Virus record (IMG/VR): IMGVR_UViG_3300033076_000814
Span: 1 to 57,788 of that record
DNA: 57,788 nucleotides
Direction: 5' to 3' (one strand)
Origin: a virus
Lineage: Duplodnaviria; Caudoviricetes
Made by a program: the position numbers and the translations under genes. The notes under the pieces were generated by a model. The model searched no databases. It was given only the letters and a program-made list of their open reading frames with translations, and was not told the origin of the DNA. This document shows positions 18,219 to 29,073 of the stretch, one piece after another; the stretch's first letter is position 1; each line of letters opens with the position of its first letter.

Positions 18219-21200
18219 ATGGAAGTTTTTAAATATAACGATGTTCTTGGTGGCATCATTGAAAGAAGACCAAATGGTTTGGTTGATGTAGATTTTGCTG
18301 GAACAATTTTAACTCTACATGAGAGTGAAAACGAATTTAAGTCAATCGAACCTCCAGTTGATGCTCCAGAGTTCAAAACTGGAGGGGAAATCAAATCCGA
18401 CAAAGATGTTTACGAAAATGGCAACTTACAAATCCGATATTTGGGAAATGATGTTGCTTACTACAAGCGTTTGAATAACGAATGGAAGTTTTTGTCATCA
18501 GACGAATTACAGAAGCTACATGAGGGTACAAAACATGAGATGGAGCATAAATCTACAATAGAAGTTTTTAAAAGAAACAATGTTCCGACACCTATAATAG
18601 CATCGTTTATTGCATGGGATCATATCTCTGAAACACCAGACTATTATTCTAAACTGGATAAAGCAATTCCAGAACCAGAAAAAAAATTTGACGATGGCGG
18701 AATGACTGGAGATGTTCAACCAAACCCAGAACCAAATCCAGAGGAAGAAAAAATGCTCATTCAATCCAAAATAAAAGAGGAATTGAATAGTGTTGATTTT
18801 CACAAAAAAATGATCGTAGTTTTCGCTTCCGAACTTGAAAGTTTAAATGAGGAAAGAGAAGCAGTAGTTGAGAAATACAGACATCTCAAATATCCAGAAA
18901 ATCAAGACAGATATAAAAAAACCGATGAAATCGACAAGAAAATTATTCCTTTAACGAAAGTAATTGAGTATGCTAAAAATTGTCTAAAATGTCTTGAAAA
19001 CAAGGGTACTTTAAGATCGTTTACAGACATGAAAGGTGTTTCTCATAATTTGATAAGTGACTGGAGAGATGTTCCAACAGATAACATCATGTTTAATGAG
19101 GAAACTATACTTGTTGATCCAGTTCCAGTTTTTATACCAATTTTTGATGAAACATTATTAAAGCGTAGAGCATTTATCATGGATGCTATTCGATTATCTC
19201 CAGATACTTATATTGTTTCTACTGATGCGTATGATAGTAAAGAAACCCCTCAATTTTATTCCAAATTCGTACTTGTGACTTTGGATCAGTTGGTGTTGAT
19301 TTCAGATTATTATTTCAAAAAAGTTAAAGCCAAATTAAAAGCGGAAGCCGAAAATAAAACTTTAAAACAAGAGCAATATTATGATAGTTTGCCAGAGGCA
19401 ACCAGAGAAAGACATTTCAATCAAGCTAATTTCTATTTTAGCCTACCAGCTAATGTAAAGAAAAAGATCACCAAAGAAGATTGGGAAAAATTGGATTTAG
19501 CTGGTAAAGAAAAAGTTTACAAGCCATTTAAAAGATATGGTTCTGAAAGAATTACATCATCTCTGGAAGCTGATAAAATGTATAATAGTTTTCACAATAT
19601 GTATGAGAGGTTTATAAACCCAAATGCAGTTGTTCAAGTTGAAAAAGGTCAAAGATATGCTGATCCAGAAGTTTGGGCATATTGGAAAACTTTTAGAGAG
19701 ATGATGGATTTTAAAATTAAAGACATCCAATCTCAAAGAGCATACTTAAATGAAGCCTACGCAACTGCGGTAGAAACTTCATTTGGCGAAAGCAATACCT
19801 CAACAATTTTACAAGAAAATTATGGGGTATTAGTTAAAAGGCAAAATGGAGATAAAATCAATTCGATTGAAATTACCCAGATTGAAACTGCTTTAATCAA
19901 GGTTTATTCTGCTTATGGCAATTGCCGAAGAATAGCATTAAAAGACAATATTAAAGTTTCTCATACTGGAAACAGATTAGTTTTTGGAACAAAAGCAGTT
20001 GGTATTTATCATCCAACAATGCACACAATATCTTCTTCGATGAAGTATGGAGATAGGCAGTTTCAAATGACAATGGCACATGAATTTGCTCATTTTATCG
20101 ACAATTTTATCGGTATGTCAAATGGTAAAATGTATGCATCTGGGGAATATGAAAGTATAGCTGGAAAAATTGCATTTACTTTTAGAAACAATATGAATAA
20201 ACCAAAAAGCCAGCAAAGTGATTACATTAATTCTACCCAAGAATGTTTCGCAAGAGCATTAGAGCAATACTTTACTTTAGAAGAACTTGGTGAGGATGCT
20301 GGTTTATCCTTTTCATACAAAGAATTGAAAAAAGTAACTCCAATAAGCAATGGAGATGATTTTGTTTCTTTAGAAAAATTTGACACATTAATTAGACCAT
20401 TAATAGTTGAATTTTTTGAAACTTACAAAGACATATTTGATAAAACAATTGATGTTAGTGTTCCAGAGAAACCTCTGGAAATAGAAGAACAAGATTTGAA
20501 AGAAGTTGAACCAGAACCGATACAATCAATAGAACCATCAACAAATGAAATAGATGAACTCCCAAATGCTATTAAAGGATTAGAAGCCTATTTGCCTTAT
20601 GCTCCAGAAAGCGAAAAAATGGAAGTGGTTGATGCAATCAAAGGTCTAAAAGCATCTTTGAAATTGATGTCGGAATTTCCATCAACTTCTCCAGTATCAA
20701 CTTTGGATAAAACATTTGAAAGCGAAGTAGCTAATTTAAAAAATGTGAGTGATAAAGAGTTGTCGGATCAACTAAGACAAAGCAATAAATCTTTAAAGCA
20801 CTACGAAGAAGAATATGCTTCAAATATGGTTGATTATTATAAGCAATTTATTGCGGAAATTAAAGCAGAGCAATTAAGAAGAAAAAAATCCTCTCCAGTT
20901 CCAAAAGGTGAGAGAAATTATTTAAAAGAAGCAAAAGATTTCTTTATGGAGGCTGGTTTTATTGAAGACTTAAATTCTGATCCAAAACATTATGTAGTTG
21001 AATTGATCAATGCGATGGACAAGCCTTTCAGAACAAAATCGGAAAAAGAAGCCGAACAATATTTTATCGAAATGGGTTTCATCGAAGACCTTTCTACTGA
21101 TCAAAGATTTTATGTTGAAAAACTTATTGAAAACTCAAAAGCTAAAAAATCCACAGATCAACCAGTAAAAGCTGATATTTCTAATGAGGTAAAGTATTTT

Positions 21201-22715
21201 AGTTTGAATGATGATCAAGGTCGAAGATTTTTGATGATAGTTGGTGATAAAAGTAAGATAAACTTACCGAAAGAGGGTGAAGAACAATTTGATCAATTAG
21301 GTTTCTGGACATCTCCTCAATTGGGATTTAATAGGTTAATGACAACTTATTTCAAGGATGAGGAATTAATGAAAAAAAATATTAATTCTAAATACCATAA
21401 TCAAATAGAATTTATCAAAGAGGTGTCTGAAATGACAAAATCCTCTCCAGTTCCTCCAGTTGAAGAAAAGAAGAAACAAATTGATGGAGAACCATCTGAT
21501 CCAGCTTATTTAATGACTTTGGATGAGTACCAGCAAAAGGTTACTCCATTGATGAAAGAATACCGAAAATGGCAAAAGAAAAATGAAAAATGGTTTCTCC
21601 CAACTAATTACAATGGTTTGTTAATTGTTGATTTACAAGAGGTCATTGATCGTTTAAATGCTGGTAAAGAGTATGGTCACTTCTATATCCACAAAGGTGA
21701 GAGTTATTCAGAAAAAAAATCACCAGAACAACAAGCAAGATATTGGTTTAGTTATTACAAAACCAGAAATTTTGATGATAATTTTAGTATTGAAGCAACT
21801 CCTCAAAACATTTTGGATGAGAAGCGTAATTTCATGGAAAAATTCAGTCAGTTTTTTACTGAAAAAGAAATTGAAAGTAGTGTTGAGAAAGATGAATTAA
21901 ATTCACCAAAACGATCTATACGCAGAGCAATAGACAATGGCACATATAAACGCCTTTTAGAAGCCAAAGCAGTTACTCTGGAGCAACTTGAAAAAGTTAC
22001 TGGATCAGTCGGTGTAAGGATACCAAAAAGCGTATTCTCCAAGTCAACTCAAAACCAAATGGATTATGAGAAAAAACTTGGTGAATTGATGCGTAATCTA
22101 CCAAAACAAAGCGTTGATCAAATGAAAAACATGATTGACAAAATTCTTGAATACTCTGAACCTTTGTCGGTAGAAATTTATACATTAGAATTTGAAAGAT
22201 ATTCCAAAATAATCAAACAAGTTTATGAGGAAAAACGAATGACTTTGGATGATTTGATGATGAAATTGCCAATGGCACAAGATGTGTTGACTTATTCAAT
22301 TAGTCGTGAAAGACCTTTAGGAAGTAGGGAAGCAATTGTATTTGTTGAGAATATTCAAATTAAACCAGATTGGCAATTAAAATTGGCAAATCATGTGAAA
22401 GAGTATGTTGAATATTTAAAATACAAAATGATTCTCGCTTTCATGTCAAATTTTGATAAAATTACGATGCCGATTATTTCAATTACGATGCTCGATTTAT
22501 CTTTAAAAAATGGTGCGTTCTCTGGTGACTTTAGATTTACATTTGAAAACGGAAGCAGTTTCAATTTTACATTCCGATCAGTTAAGGCTGGAGGTTTTAA
22601 TATTCAAGTCTTACATTACAGATATATTTCTGATTTTGCCGATGTAAAACTGGCTGATGGATCAAAGGGAGGAACATCCTTATACGAAATAATTAAGAAT
22701 TTCTCTAAAAAATAA
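18219..22715 (+). CDS. Large polyvalent protein with DUF5661-like module and LPD1-like zincin domain
   Basis: GTKHEMEH...IAWDHISETPDYYSKL; AHEFAHFIDN...YINSTQECFARALEQY; duplicated GFIEDL helix; C-terminal AGGFNIQVLHYRY. Confidence 0.7.
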   Translation: MEVFKYNDVLGGIIERRPNGLVDVDFAGTILTLHESENEFKSIEPPVDAPEFKTGGEIKSDKDVYENGNLQIRYLGNDVAYYKRLNNEWKFLSSDELQKLHEGTKHEMEHKSTIEVFKRNNVPTPIIASFIAWDHISETPDYYSKLDKAIPEPEKKFDDGGMTGDVQPNPEPNPEEEKMLIQSKIKEELNSVDFHKKMIVVFASELESLNEEREAVVEKYRHLKYPENQDRYKKTDEIDKKIIPLTKVIEYAKNCLKCLENKGTLRSFTDMKGVSHNLISDWRDVPTDNIMFNEETILVDPVPVFIPIFDETLLKRRAFIMDAIRLSPDTYIVSTDAYDSKETPQFYSKFVLVTLDQLVLISDYYFKKVKAKLKAEAENKTLKQEQYYDSLPEATRERHFNQANFYFSLPANVKKKITKEDWEKLDLAGKEKVYKPFKRYGSERITSSLEADKMYNSFHNMYERFINPNAVVQVEKGQRYADPEVWAYWKTFREMMDFKIKDIQSQRAYLNEAYATAVETSFGESNTSTILQENYGVLVKRQNGDKINSIEITQIETALIKVYSAYGNCRRIALKDNIKVSHTGNRLVFGTKAVGIYHPTMHTISSSMKYGDRQFQMTMAHEFAHFIDNFIGMSNGKMYASGEYESIAGKIAFTFRNNMNKPKSQQSDYINSTQECFARALEQYFTLEELGEDAGLSFSYKELKKVTPISNGDDFVSLEKFDTLIRPLIVEFFETYKDIFDKTIDVSVPEKPLEIEEQDLKEVEPEPIQSIEPSTNEIDELPNAIKGLEAYLPYAPESEKMEVVDAIKGLKASLKLMSEFPSTSPVSTLDKTFESEVANLKNVSDKELSDQLRQSNKSLKHYEEEYASNMVDYYKQFIAEIKAEQLRRKKSSPVPKGERNYLKEAKDFFMEAGFIEDLNSDPKHYVVELINAMDKPFRTKSEKEAEQYFIEMGFIEDLSTDQRFYVEKLIENSKAKKSTDQPVKADISNEVKYFSLNDDQGRRFLMIVGDKSKINLPKEGEEQFDQLGFWTSPQLGFNRLMTTYFKDEELMKKNINSKYHNQIEFIKEVSEMTKSSPVPPVEEKKKQIDGEPSDPAYLMTLDEYQQKVTPLMKEYRKWQKKNEKWFLPTNYNGLLIVDLQEVIDRLNAGKEYGHFYIHKGESYSEKKSPEQQARYWFSYYKTRNFDDNFSIEATPQNILDEKRNFMEKFSQFFTEKEIESSVEKDELNSPKRSIRRAIDNGTYKRLLEAKAVTLEQLEKVTGSVGVRIPKSVFSKSTQNQMDYEKKLGELMRNLPKQSVDQMKNMIDKILEYSEPLSVEIYTLEFERYSKIIKQVYEEKRMTLDDLMMKLPMAQDVLTYSISRERPLGSREAIVFVENIQIKPDWQLKLANHVKEYVEYLKYKMILAFMSNFDKITMPIISITMLDLSLKNGAFSGDFRFTFENGSSFNFTFRSVKAGGFNIQVLHYRYISDFADVKLADGSKGGTSLYEIIKNFSKK

Positions 22716-22726
22716 CAATAATTGAA

Positions 22727-22734
22727 TAACTTTG
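22727..22734 (+). promoter_or_regulatory. Bacteroidota -7 promoter element
   Basis: TAACTTTG 15 nt before ATG 22750. Confidence 0.6.
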
Positions 22735-22749
22735 CTTAAATACTATCTC

Positions 22750-23874
22750 ATGACAAAGGCAGAATTAGAACAAACGATTAAAGATATAGAGGGTGGAATT
22801 GCATCCCCAAGTGTTCCAGAAAAGTTCAAGGTAAATATGCGTTCCCAGTTGGAAATGCTTAAAGGAAAATTGGCAGAAATGACCAATAAACCAGCAGAAA
22901 AAAAGAAGACTTCTGTATCTAAAATGAGTACATCTGCTTCTGGTGGTAACGATATTTCACCGATTGATTTGTATGAAGATTATTATGTAAAGGGGTATGA
23001 AAATTCAGCTATGAATTTTGCCTATGTTCCAGATTTCAAAGGTGTAAAAACAATTTCAGCATATTCAATGGGTTTGTCGGATGGTAAAAGCCGAAATAAA
23101 AAATCATTTGATGCATTTGAAAAAGCAATTAATGAACTTCCAAAAACTACCTCTCCGAAAAGAAAATCAAATGATAAATCATTTATGAGTGATTTTAGAG
23201 AAAAAAAGAAACCAGAAGATGCAAGGGTAATTGCTGAATACCTTATTGATCAGTTCAATAAAGGAATGGATGAGATGGAACTGGAAGATAGTTCTGATGT
23301 TCTGGGAAATCAAGAAAAGCAAGAAAAACTTATTAAATTTTTAAATAGACGAATAGTTCCTTTTTACAAGGAAGATGGTCTATCAGAAGATGTTAGAGAT
23401 ATTTTAGAGGATGAAAATTATCATCTTTTAAATGAGTATTTAGGTTTGTCTGGTTTATATGGAGCAGAAACTCAAAAATACTATTTGACTTTCAAGAAAA
23501 AGCATGGTGGAGCAGACTGGAAAAAGAAACAACTTAATCCAGAATATTTTGGTTTAAAGGCGGAAGCCGATGAGCCAGAACCAAAGAAAAAGGGAGTTCC
23601 GCTTCCGAAAGATAAGCAGTCAAATGAAGATGACTACGATTGTGATGAGTTGATTGAAAAAGAAAAGCAACGCAGAGCAAAAGCCAAAGAAAGAGCCTTA
23701 AAGCCAAAGAAAACAGAGGCTACAAAAAACAAAGAAAAACTTGAAAAAGTCTTTGAAAATGTCAAAGAAAGAGCAATGGAAGAAGAAGTTTCCAAAGCTG
23801 AATTGGAGAAATTGATTTCCAGTACAGAAACTTTATTGAAGATGTTAAAAGACAAACTTGCAAAATTTAAATAA
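22750..23874 (+). CDS. Charged hypothetical protein
   Basis: In-frame ATG 22750 of track ORF 22732-23874. Confidence 0.7.
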   Translation: MTKAELEQTIKDIEGGIASPSVPEKFKVNMRSQLEMLKGKLAEMTNKPAEKKKTSVSKMSTSASGGNDISPIDLYEDYYVKGYENSAMNFAYVPDFKGVKTISAYSMGLSDGKSRNKKSFDAFEKAINELPKTTSPKRKSNDKSFMSDFREKKKPEDARVIAEYLIDQFNKGMDEMELEDSSDVLGNQEKQEKLIKFLNRRIVPFYKEDGLSEDVRDILEDENYHLLNEYLGLSGLYGAETQKYYLTFKKKHGGADWKKKQLNPEYFGLKAEADEPEPKKKGVPLPKDKQSNEDDYDCDELIEKEKQRRAKAKERALKPKKTEATKNKEKLEKVFENVKERAMEEEVSKAELEKLISSTETLLKMLKDKLAKFK

Positions 23875-26800
23875 ATGGAATTTAAAGTCATTTTTACCAA
23901 TGGCAGACAAACTTTTGTTGATGCCGATAATGAAAAAGAATTGCGTTCAGAATTGAACAAAGTCAAATCTACATTTGATTGTGAGATCAAAAAAGTAGCA
24001 CCTATGGATGAAGAAAAATTCTCACTTGGAGGATTTCTTACTGGATCAGCAATTGGTGTTGCTTTAGCATCGTTTTTTGGTGTTGAAAAAAAGAACCTTT
24101 CCAGAGATCGAAAGTTTGTTAATAAAGCACAAGGTCACGAAAAGTCTTATGCTAAAGGAACAAGTCGTACTGGATACAAAGGCAATAAAAAATTTGAAAC
24201 TGGCGGTGGTGTAGATGACTTTAATCCAAGATCATTTACCTTACTGGAATTGGATCATTTTTTCAAATTTGGAGGCATCAATGAACTTTATGAGTTTCAA
24301 GACATTTCAATCGTTTATTTGAAAACTGGAGATTTCAGAAATGCTCTTAATAAAGCGACAATTCTTGTTGATGGCGTTTCTATGGATAAGAAGAATAAAT
24401 GGGCAACAACAAAGTTGACAATTTCAGATTATGGTCAATTAGAAATGCAAAAAGGTTCTGAAAACCTTTATCTGGATATGATTGTTTATCCAGTAGATGA
24501 GGATAAGGAATTAACTTTGTCTATTTACACGAAAGAAAACCATCAAGGATTAAAAGCGTTTTCAAAAATGCTTATTGAAAAGTTTAAAACTGGTGGTGGA
24601 GTAGATAAACCAAAAGCAGATGACAATATCAAGGATATTTTGATAATTGACGAGGATAAAAAAGAGGTTAGTTTACCAATGGGATATGGATTTTCTCCGA
24701 AAGATAATTCCATTATCAAAAAAGCAAAAAGTTGGGCAAGAAAAAACCAATATAATTTTAAGTTTTCTGGAAAAATTTATACGCCAGATGGAAAAGTTTT
24801 GGATAGAGATTTCCATGTTGTAGATATAGATAATTTCACCAATGACAAAGAAGATTATGTGAGGGGTTCTTTCTACACAAAATCAGAGGCAGAAAAATGG
24901 CAAAAATTTTACAATAATAATCCAGAAGCCAAGAAACACGAAATAATGACCACAGAAGAAATCAAGTTGAAGCACAAAGATTTTGGTCAATCATATAAAA
25001 CTGGCGGAAAAGCCAAAGAACAACTTTATCATATTACCGCATTTGATAAAAATGTTGGCGAAAGAAGACAAGTTTTTGCTCCTTATGATTTAGATTTTAT
25101 CAATCAAATATTTGAAAAACAATTCTCAAAACCTAATCCAGAAATAGACTGGCTTTCTGATTTTAAAATTGAGCCTTTTGTAAAAGAGCCATCAGTTAAA
25201 AAACACAAGCCAGAGAATGTTATATTTAAGTTTTCAAGAGCATTGGGATCATACGAACTTGCTCAAAATGGATTTCCGTATAATATTGCCATCGATCAAG
25301 ATGGTTATTATTTGGAATTATGGAATAACATCGGTCTTAGTAAAGATCAAATGATGACCAAATTCAAAAAAGCAGTTGGTAAGGCTGATTTTGAAAAGCA
25401 TTTTGATGGTTTTGTTGATAATAAGTTTAAAACTGGCGGTAAAATACCATCAGATTATATTTACAAAGAAGTTTATGATTATGTGATTGGTGGTGATAGA
25501 CCAAAATCAATTGAAACATTGAAAAAACAAGTTGATGCATTTGCCAAAAAAGAAAATTTATCTGTATCTGAAATTTATCAAGACACATTAGATGTTCGGG
25601 AATCCAGTTCGCAATTTAAAACTGGAGGTGGTGTTGGAAAGTACGAATACAAAACAATTGACACAAGGTCGGCATCTGGATTAAAAGAAGCGGAACGATT
25701 AAAGGCAGATGGATGGAAAATTATCTCAACTGGTTTTAACACTATCCAATTTGAAAGACTAAAAAATACAAACATGGCAAAAAAACATAGTAAGGGCGGT
25801 TTAGCTGGACAATCCGCAAAAGTCGAGTTTTTATCGGAAGAATTTGCAACAGAAGAATTGATTAATGAATTAAAAGAAAAAGCTGGTATTACTGGTAATT
25901 CTACTGGAGATGTTCCAGTAATTGCATTTGCATATACGGATTATGGAGGCAGTTTCCTTGACAAAGTTGCAATTCAGTATTTTCAAGAAAACTATCCAGA
26001 TAATATTGTAACAGAAGTTACTGGATGGGGTGGTGAAAATGCCTTTGTATTTGGTGAGCCAGCACAAGAATGGATGGAAAGCACAGAAGATTATCCATTA
26101 GGTTTTGAAGACTTTGAGGAGTTCTACACGAACAAAGAATATGAAGCTGAAATGGAGGGGTTTGAATATTTCATTGACAATGAACTTTCAACCGATGAAT
26201 ATGTGTATGATCGTGACGAATTATTGTCTTGGTTGGGAGAAAACAGAGGGGGTTACTTTAGTGTGACTACGCAAGGTCTTGACTACTCTACCGATGATCT
26301 TATGGAAGCGGTAATGGAAAGTGGTTTGGTTGCCAAAATGAGTGGTGATGAAGAATTTGGTCGTGGTGGTTCTGCTGGTCGATCATTGGTTGTTTCGTAT
26401 TCAAGTTATTTTGATTACAATAAATACGATACCGATGTTATTTCAAAAGTAGTTCGTGAAAACGGAGGAAAAGATGTTCATTTGGAGAACGATAGAGGTT
26501 GGTCAAATCAGCCAGAAGTTGTTGTTTTCAAAGGTGACAAAAATCGAATTGAAAGAGCATTAAATGATGCTTTTGGTACGGAGTACATTCGTGTATCTGA
26601 AAAAGATTGGAGAAGTAAGAAATTTGCAACTGGAGGTGTGAGTTCAATGGCTATGGCTGGGGCATCTCCTCAATTGGCAATTGCTAATGAGGTTTCAAAT
26701 AAGTTACCAGCAACAACATCTGCTATTGATCAGAGAATTGCCGAAAGGATACATCCATCTCGATCAAAATGGGAAGACAGAGGTTTGGATAATTATGTTC

Positions 26801-29073
26801 CTCAACCATACGGAAAGGGATACCCAGAGCATCTCCCTTATGCTAACACACAAGCACCTATGTACGCTAAAGGTGGATCAGTAGGTCAAGAAATTACATT
26901 CCGCCATTGGTCTGGTGATACAAAGCATGGAACTATCGTGGAAATTTTCCCAGATGGAAGTTTAGATGTTTCTTGTGGATTTGGACATTGCCTTGTTTCT
27001 CCATCGGAAGTGATTTCTGGTGCTGAAAAAATGGCGAGAGGTTCAAAAATTGATGAGTTCAATGACATCATGGAAAACAATGTGATTACAGAGCAACAAA
27101 TCAATTTGATTAAAACTCGATTGAACTCTGGGAAATTAAAAACCGATGCAGAGATTGTTCAATACATTTGGGATAATACTCCAGATTTAACTCCAGAACA
27201 AAATCGTAAAGGAATTGAGTTCTTAATGAACTTGTACAAAACTCCTACTGGAAAAGAACGATCAAATCATGTTTTTGGTTATCGTGAACAAGAGGCATTG
27301 GATAATTTTGATCATTTTTCTTTGGCTGGTTTCCATGATGCTTCAAAATATGGACAAAGACCATATTATATTCCGATGTATGATGTTTGGATGAAAGATG
27401 GAGATTATGGCTTCCAATACTACTACGATGGACAAGTAAACATTGTCGGTGGTAAAGGAATGAAAACTGCTGGATCATCAGAGCCTTATTCAAAACAATT
27501 TTTCAGCAAAGGAAATTGGGAAAAGATTACTGCTTACTTAAACAAGCGTTATTCTAAAGATGAAACTGATGAAATTTTAGGATCAAGATTAATGCGAATG
27601 ACTGGGGGTGATAATTACACATCATTTGTTAAATTCTACAATGAATATAAAAGTGAGTTTGACAAAGTTGCATCAAGATATGCTAAAGGCGGTTCTGCTG
27701 GTCGTACAAATGATCGAAACCATGTGAATAAGTCACAACCTTATGAAGTTAATTATGCTCAAAGACATGAGGGGCGTACTGGATACAAAGGCAATACCAA
27801 ATTTGCTGGAGGTGGAACAATTCCAACCCCTACTTATTCAGAATTAACTCGTGGAAATCAATTTGTGTTTGAGCCAAATGAGAATAATTATGTGAGTATT
27901 TATTTGGAACATCGTGTATATCAAGTAAGTGGTTTCTTAAACAATAAAAAATTCTGGGAAAGTTTTGAAACATTTGGCGAAGCGAAAAAATATTTTTTAG
28001 ACCAATGTAAAAAAATGTCTGGAGTAAAATTTGCTGGAGGAGGAACAATTGATAATGATGCAGTTCGTGAATTGCAATTGTTCTTGGAAAACGATGGTGA
28101 CTTGTATCGTCAAAAAATTGTTCCAATTCAAAAGAACCTTATGACCAAATTAGCACAAGGCAAATATGATCATGAAATGGCGCAAAAGCTATTCATGTAT
28201 TTGGTTCAAGATGCTGATAAGAAATATCAAAAAGAATTTGGATCATCTTCATCTGGTTATATGCTTTCAATGGCTTCCAGAAAAGAATTGTGCAAAATCC
28301 TTGAAGAAGAATTTTATGCTGGTGCAAAAGATGGTGAGTTTGATGAGTACATACCAAAAAAATATTCTGGATCAACTATCAAATACAAAACTGGCGGTGG
28401 TGTTAGGAAAGCACCATTTAAAGTTGGTGACATGGTGTACTCATATCAAAATCCAAATGATAAAATGAGGGTTTCTTTTGTTGATGATAGAGGTGTTCAA
28501 GATGGTGTGGATTATGGCTGGGGAATTAAGGTCGCTTTAAAAACGGATGCTGATGGAAATTATGATCCAAAAGGTACTTATTCCAAAAGTAGTAAGTGGA
28601 TGTCACAAAATAGTGTTAGTAAAACCAAAAAAGAAAAATATTCTGATGGCGGAACTACGAAATTGAGTTATAAAATCGTTGAGGGTTATGATCATTTAAA
28701 AGGAAAACCACTATTCCATGTTGTTGGCGTAGATAATGATTATGTCGGTGAATATCACATGACAAAAGCGGAAGCCGAAAGTGAAATGAAATCTTTAAAT
28801 GGTACAAAATTTGGTCGAGGTGGTTCAACTGATAATCCAAAAAAACCGATTGAATTTAAGTCTTCAAACTTACTTTATCATGGTAAGGGAAAAGATTTAA
28901 AAGGTCAAAGAGTGGTTCGTATTTCGTTCCCATCTGGTAGAGCATGGAGTATCCAGACAAATGGTAATTTACCAAAAACTCATTCGGATGGTTATGATGA
29001 AAAAGAAATCAACGAATTTGTTAAAGAATTTGGATCAGATACTCAAAAGAAACGATTAAAAATCTACAAGTGA
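23875..29073 (+). CDS. 1732-aa modular polyprotein-like protein with about 16 [FY]xxGG linkers
   Basis: KFETGGG, KFKTGGG, YKTGG, FGRGG, FATGG, YAKGG, FAGGG, YSDGG spaced roughly every 60-150 aa. Confidence 0.75.
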   Translation: MEFKVIFTNGRQTFVDADNEKELRSELNKVKSTFDCEIKKVAPMDEEKFSLGGFLTGSAIGVALASFFGVEKKNLSRDRKFVNKAQGHEKSYAKGTSRTGYKGNKKFETGGGVDDFNPRSFTLLELDHFFKFGGINELYEFQDISIVYLKTGDFRNALNKATILVDGVSMDKKNKWATTKLTISDYGQLEMQKGSENLYLDMIVYPVDEDKELTLSIYTKENHQGLKAFSKMLIEKFKTGGGVDKPKADDNIKDILIIDEDKKEVSLPMGYGFSPKDNSIIKKAKSWARKNQYNFKFSGKIYTPDGKVLDRDFHVVDIDNFTNDKEDYVRGSFYTKSEAEKWQKFYNNNPEAKKHEIMTTEEIKLKHKDFGQSYKTGGKAKEQLYHITAFDKNVGERRQVFAPYDLDFINQIFEKQFSKPNPEIDWLSDFKIEPFVKEPSVKKHKPENVIFKFSRALGSYELAQNGFPYNIAIDQDGYYLELWNNIGLSKDQMMTKFKKAVGKADFEKHFDGFVDNKFKTGGKIPSDYIYKEVYDYVIGGDRPKSIETLKKQVDAFAKKENLSVSEIYQDTLDVRESSSQFKTGGGVGKYEYKTIDTRSASGLKEAERLKADGWKIISTGFNTIQFERLKNTNMAKKHSKGGLAGQSAKVEFLSEEFATEELINELKEKAGITGNSTGDVPVIAFAYTDYGGSFLDKVAIQYFQENYPDNIVTEVTGWGGENAFVFGEPAQEWMESTEDYPLGFEDFEEFYTNKEYEAEMEGFEYFIDNELSTDEYVYDRDELLSWLGENRGGYFSVTTQGLDYSTDDLMEAVMESGLVAKMSGDEEFGRGGSAGRSLVVSYSSYFDYNKYDTDVISKVVRENGGKDVHLENDRGWSNQPEVVVFKGDKNRIERALNDAFGTEYIRVSEKDWRSKKFATGGVSSMAMAGASPQLAIANEVSNKLPATTSAIDQRIAERIHPSRSKWEDRGLDNYVPQPYGKGYPEHLPYANTQAPMYAKGGSVGQEITFRHWSGDTKHGTIVEIFPDGSLDVSCGFGHCLVSPSEVISGAEKMARGSKIDEFNDIMENNVITEQQINLIKTRLNSGKLKTDAEIVQYIWDNTPDLTPEQNRKGIEFLMNLYKTPTGKERSNHVFGYREQEALDNFDHFSLAGFHDASKYGQRPYYIPMYDVWMKDGDYGFQYYYDGQVNIVGGKGMKTAGSSEPYSKQFFSKGNWEKITAYLNKRYSKDETDEILGSRLMRMTGGDNYTSFVKFYNEYKSEFDKVASRYAKGGSAGRTNDRNHVNKSQPYEVNYAQRHEGRTGYKGNTKFAGGGTIPTPTYSELTRGNQFVFEPNENNYVSIYLEHRVYQVSGFLNNKKFWESFETFGEAKKYFLDQCKKMSGVKFAGGGTIDNDAVRELQLFLENDGDLYRQKIVPIQKNLMTKLAQGKYDHEMAQKLFMYLVQDADKKYQKEFGSSSSGYMLSMASRKELCKILEEEFYAGAKDGEFDEYIPKKYSGSTIKYKTGGGVRKAPFKVGDMVYSYQNPNDKMRVSFVDDRGVQDGVDYGWGIKVALKTDADGNYDPKGTYSKSSKWMSQNSVSKTKKEKYSDGGTTKLSYKIVEGYDHLKGKPLFHVVGVDNDYVGEYHMTKAEAESEMKSLNGTKFGRGGSTDNPKKPIEFKSSNLLYHGKGKDLKGQRVVRISFPSGRAWSIQTNGNLPKTHSDGYDEKEINEFVKEFGSDTQKKRLKIYK

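Noticed and set aside
23875-29073. Tape measure protein or virion RNA polymerase
   Set aside because: No long helical Ala/Gly-rich repeats and no DxDxD polymerase motif; the sequence is a chain of short GG-bounded modules.
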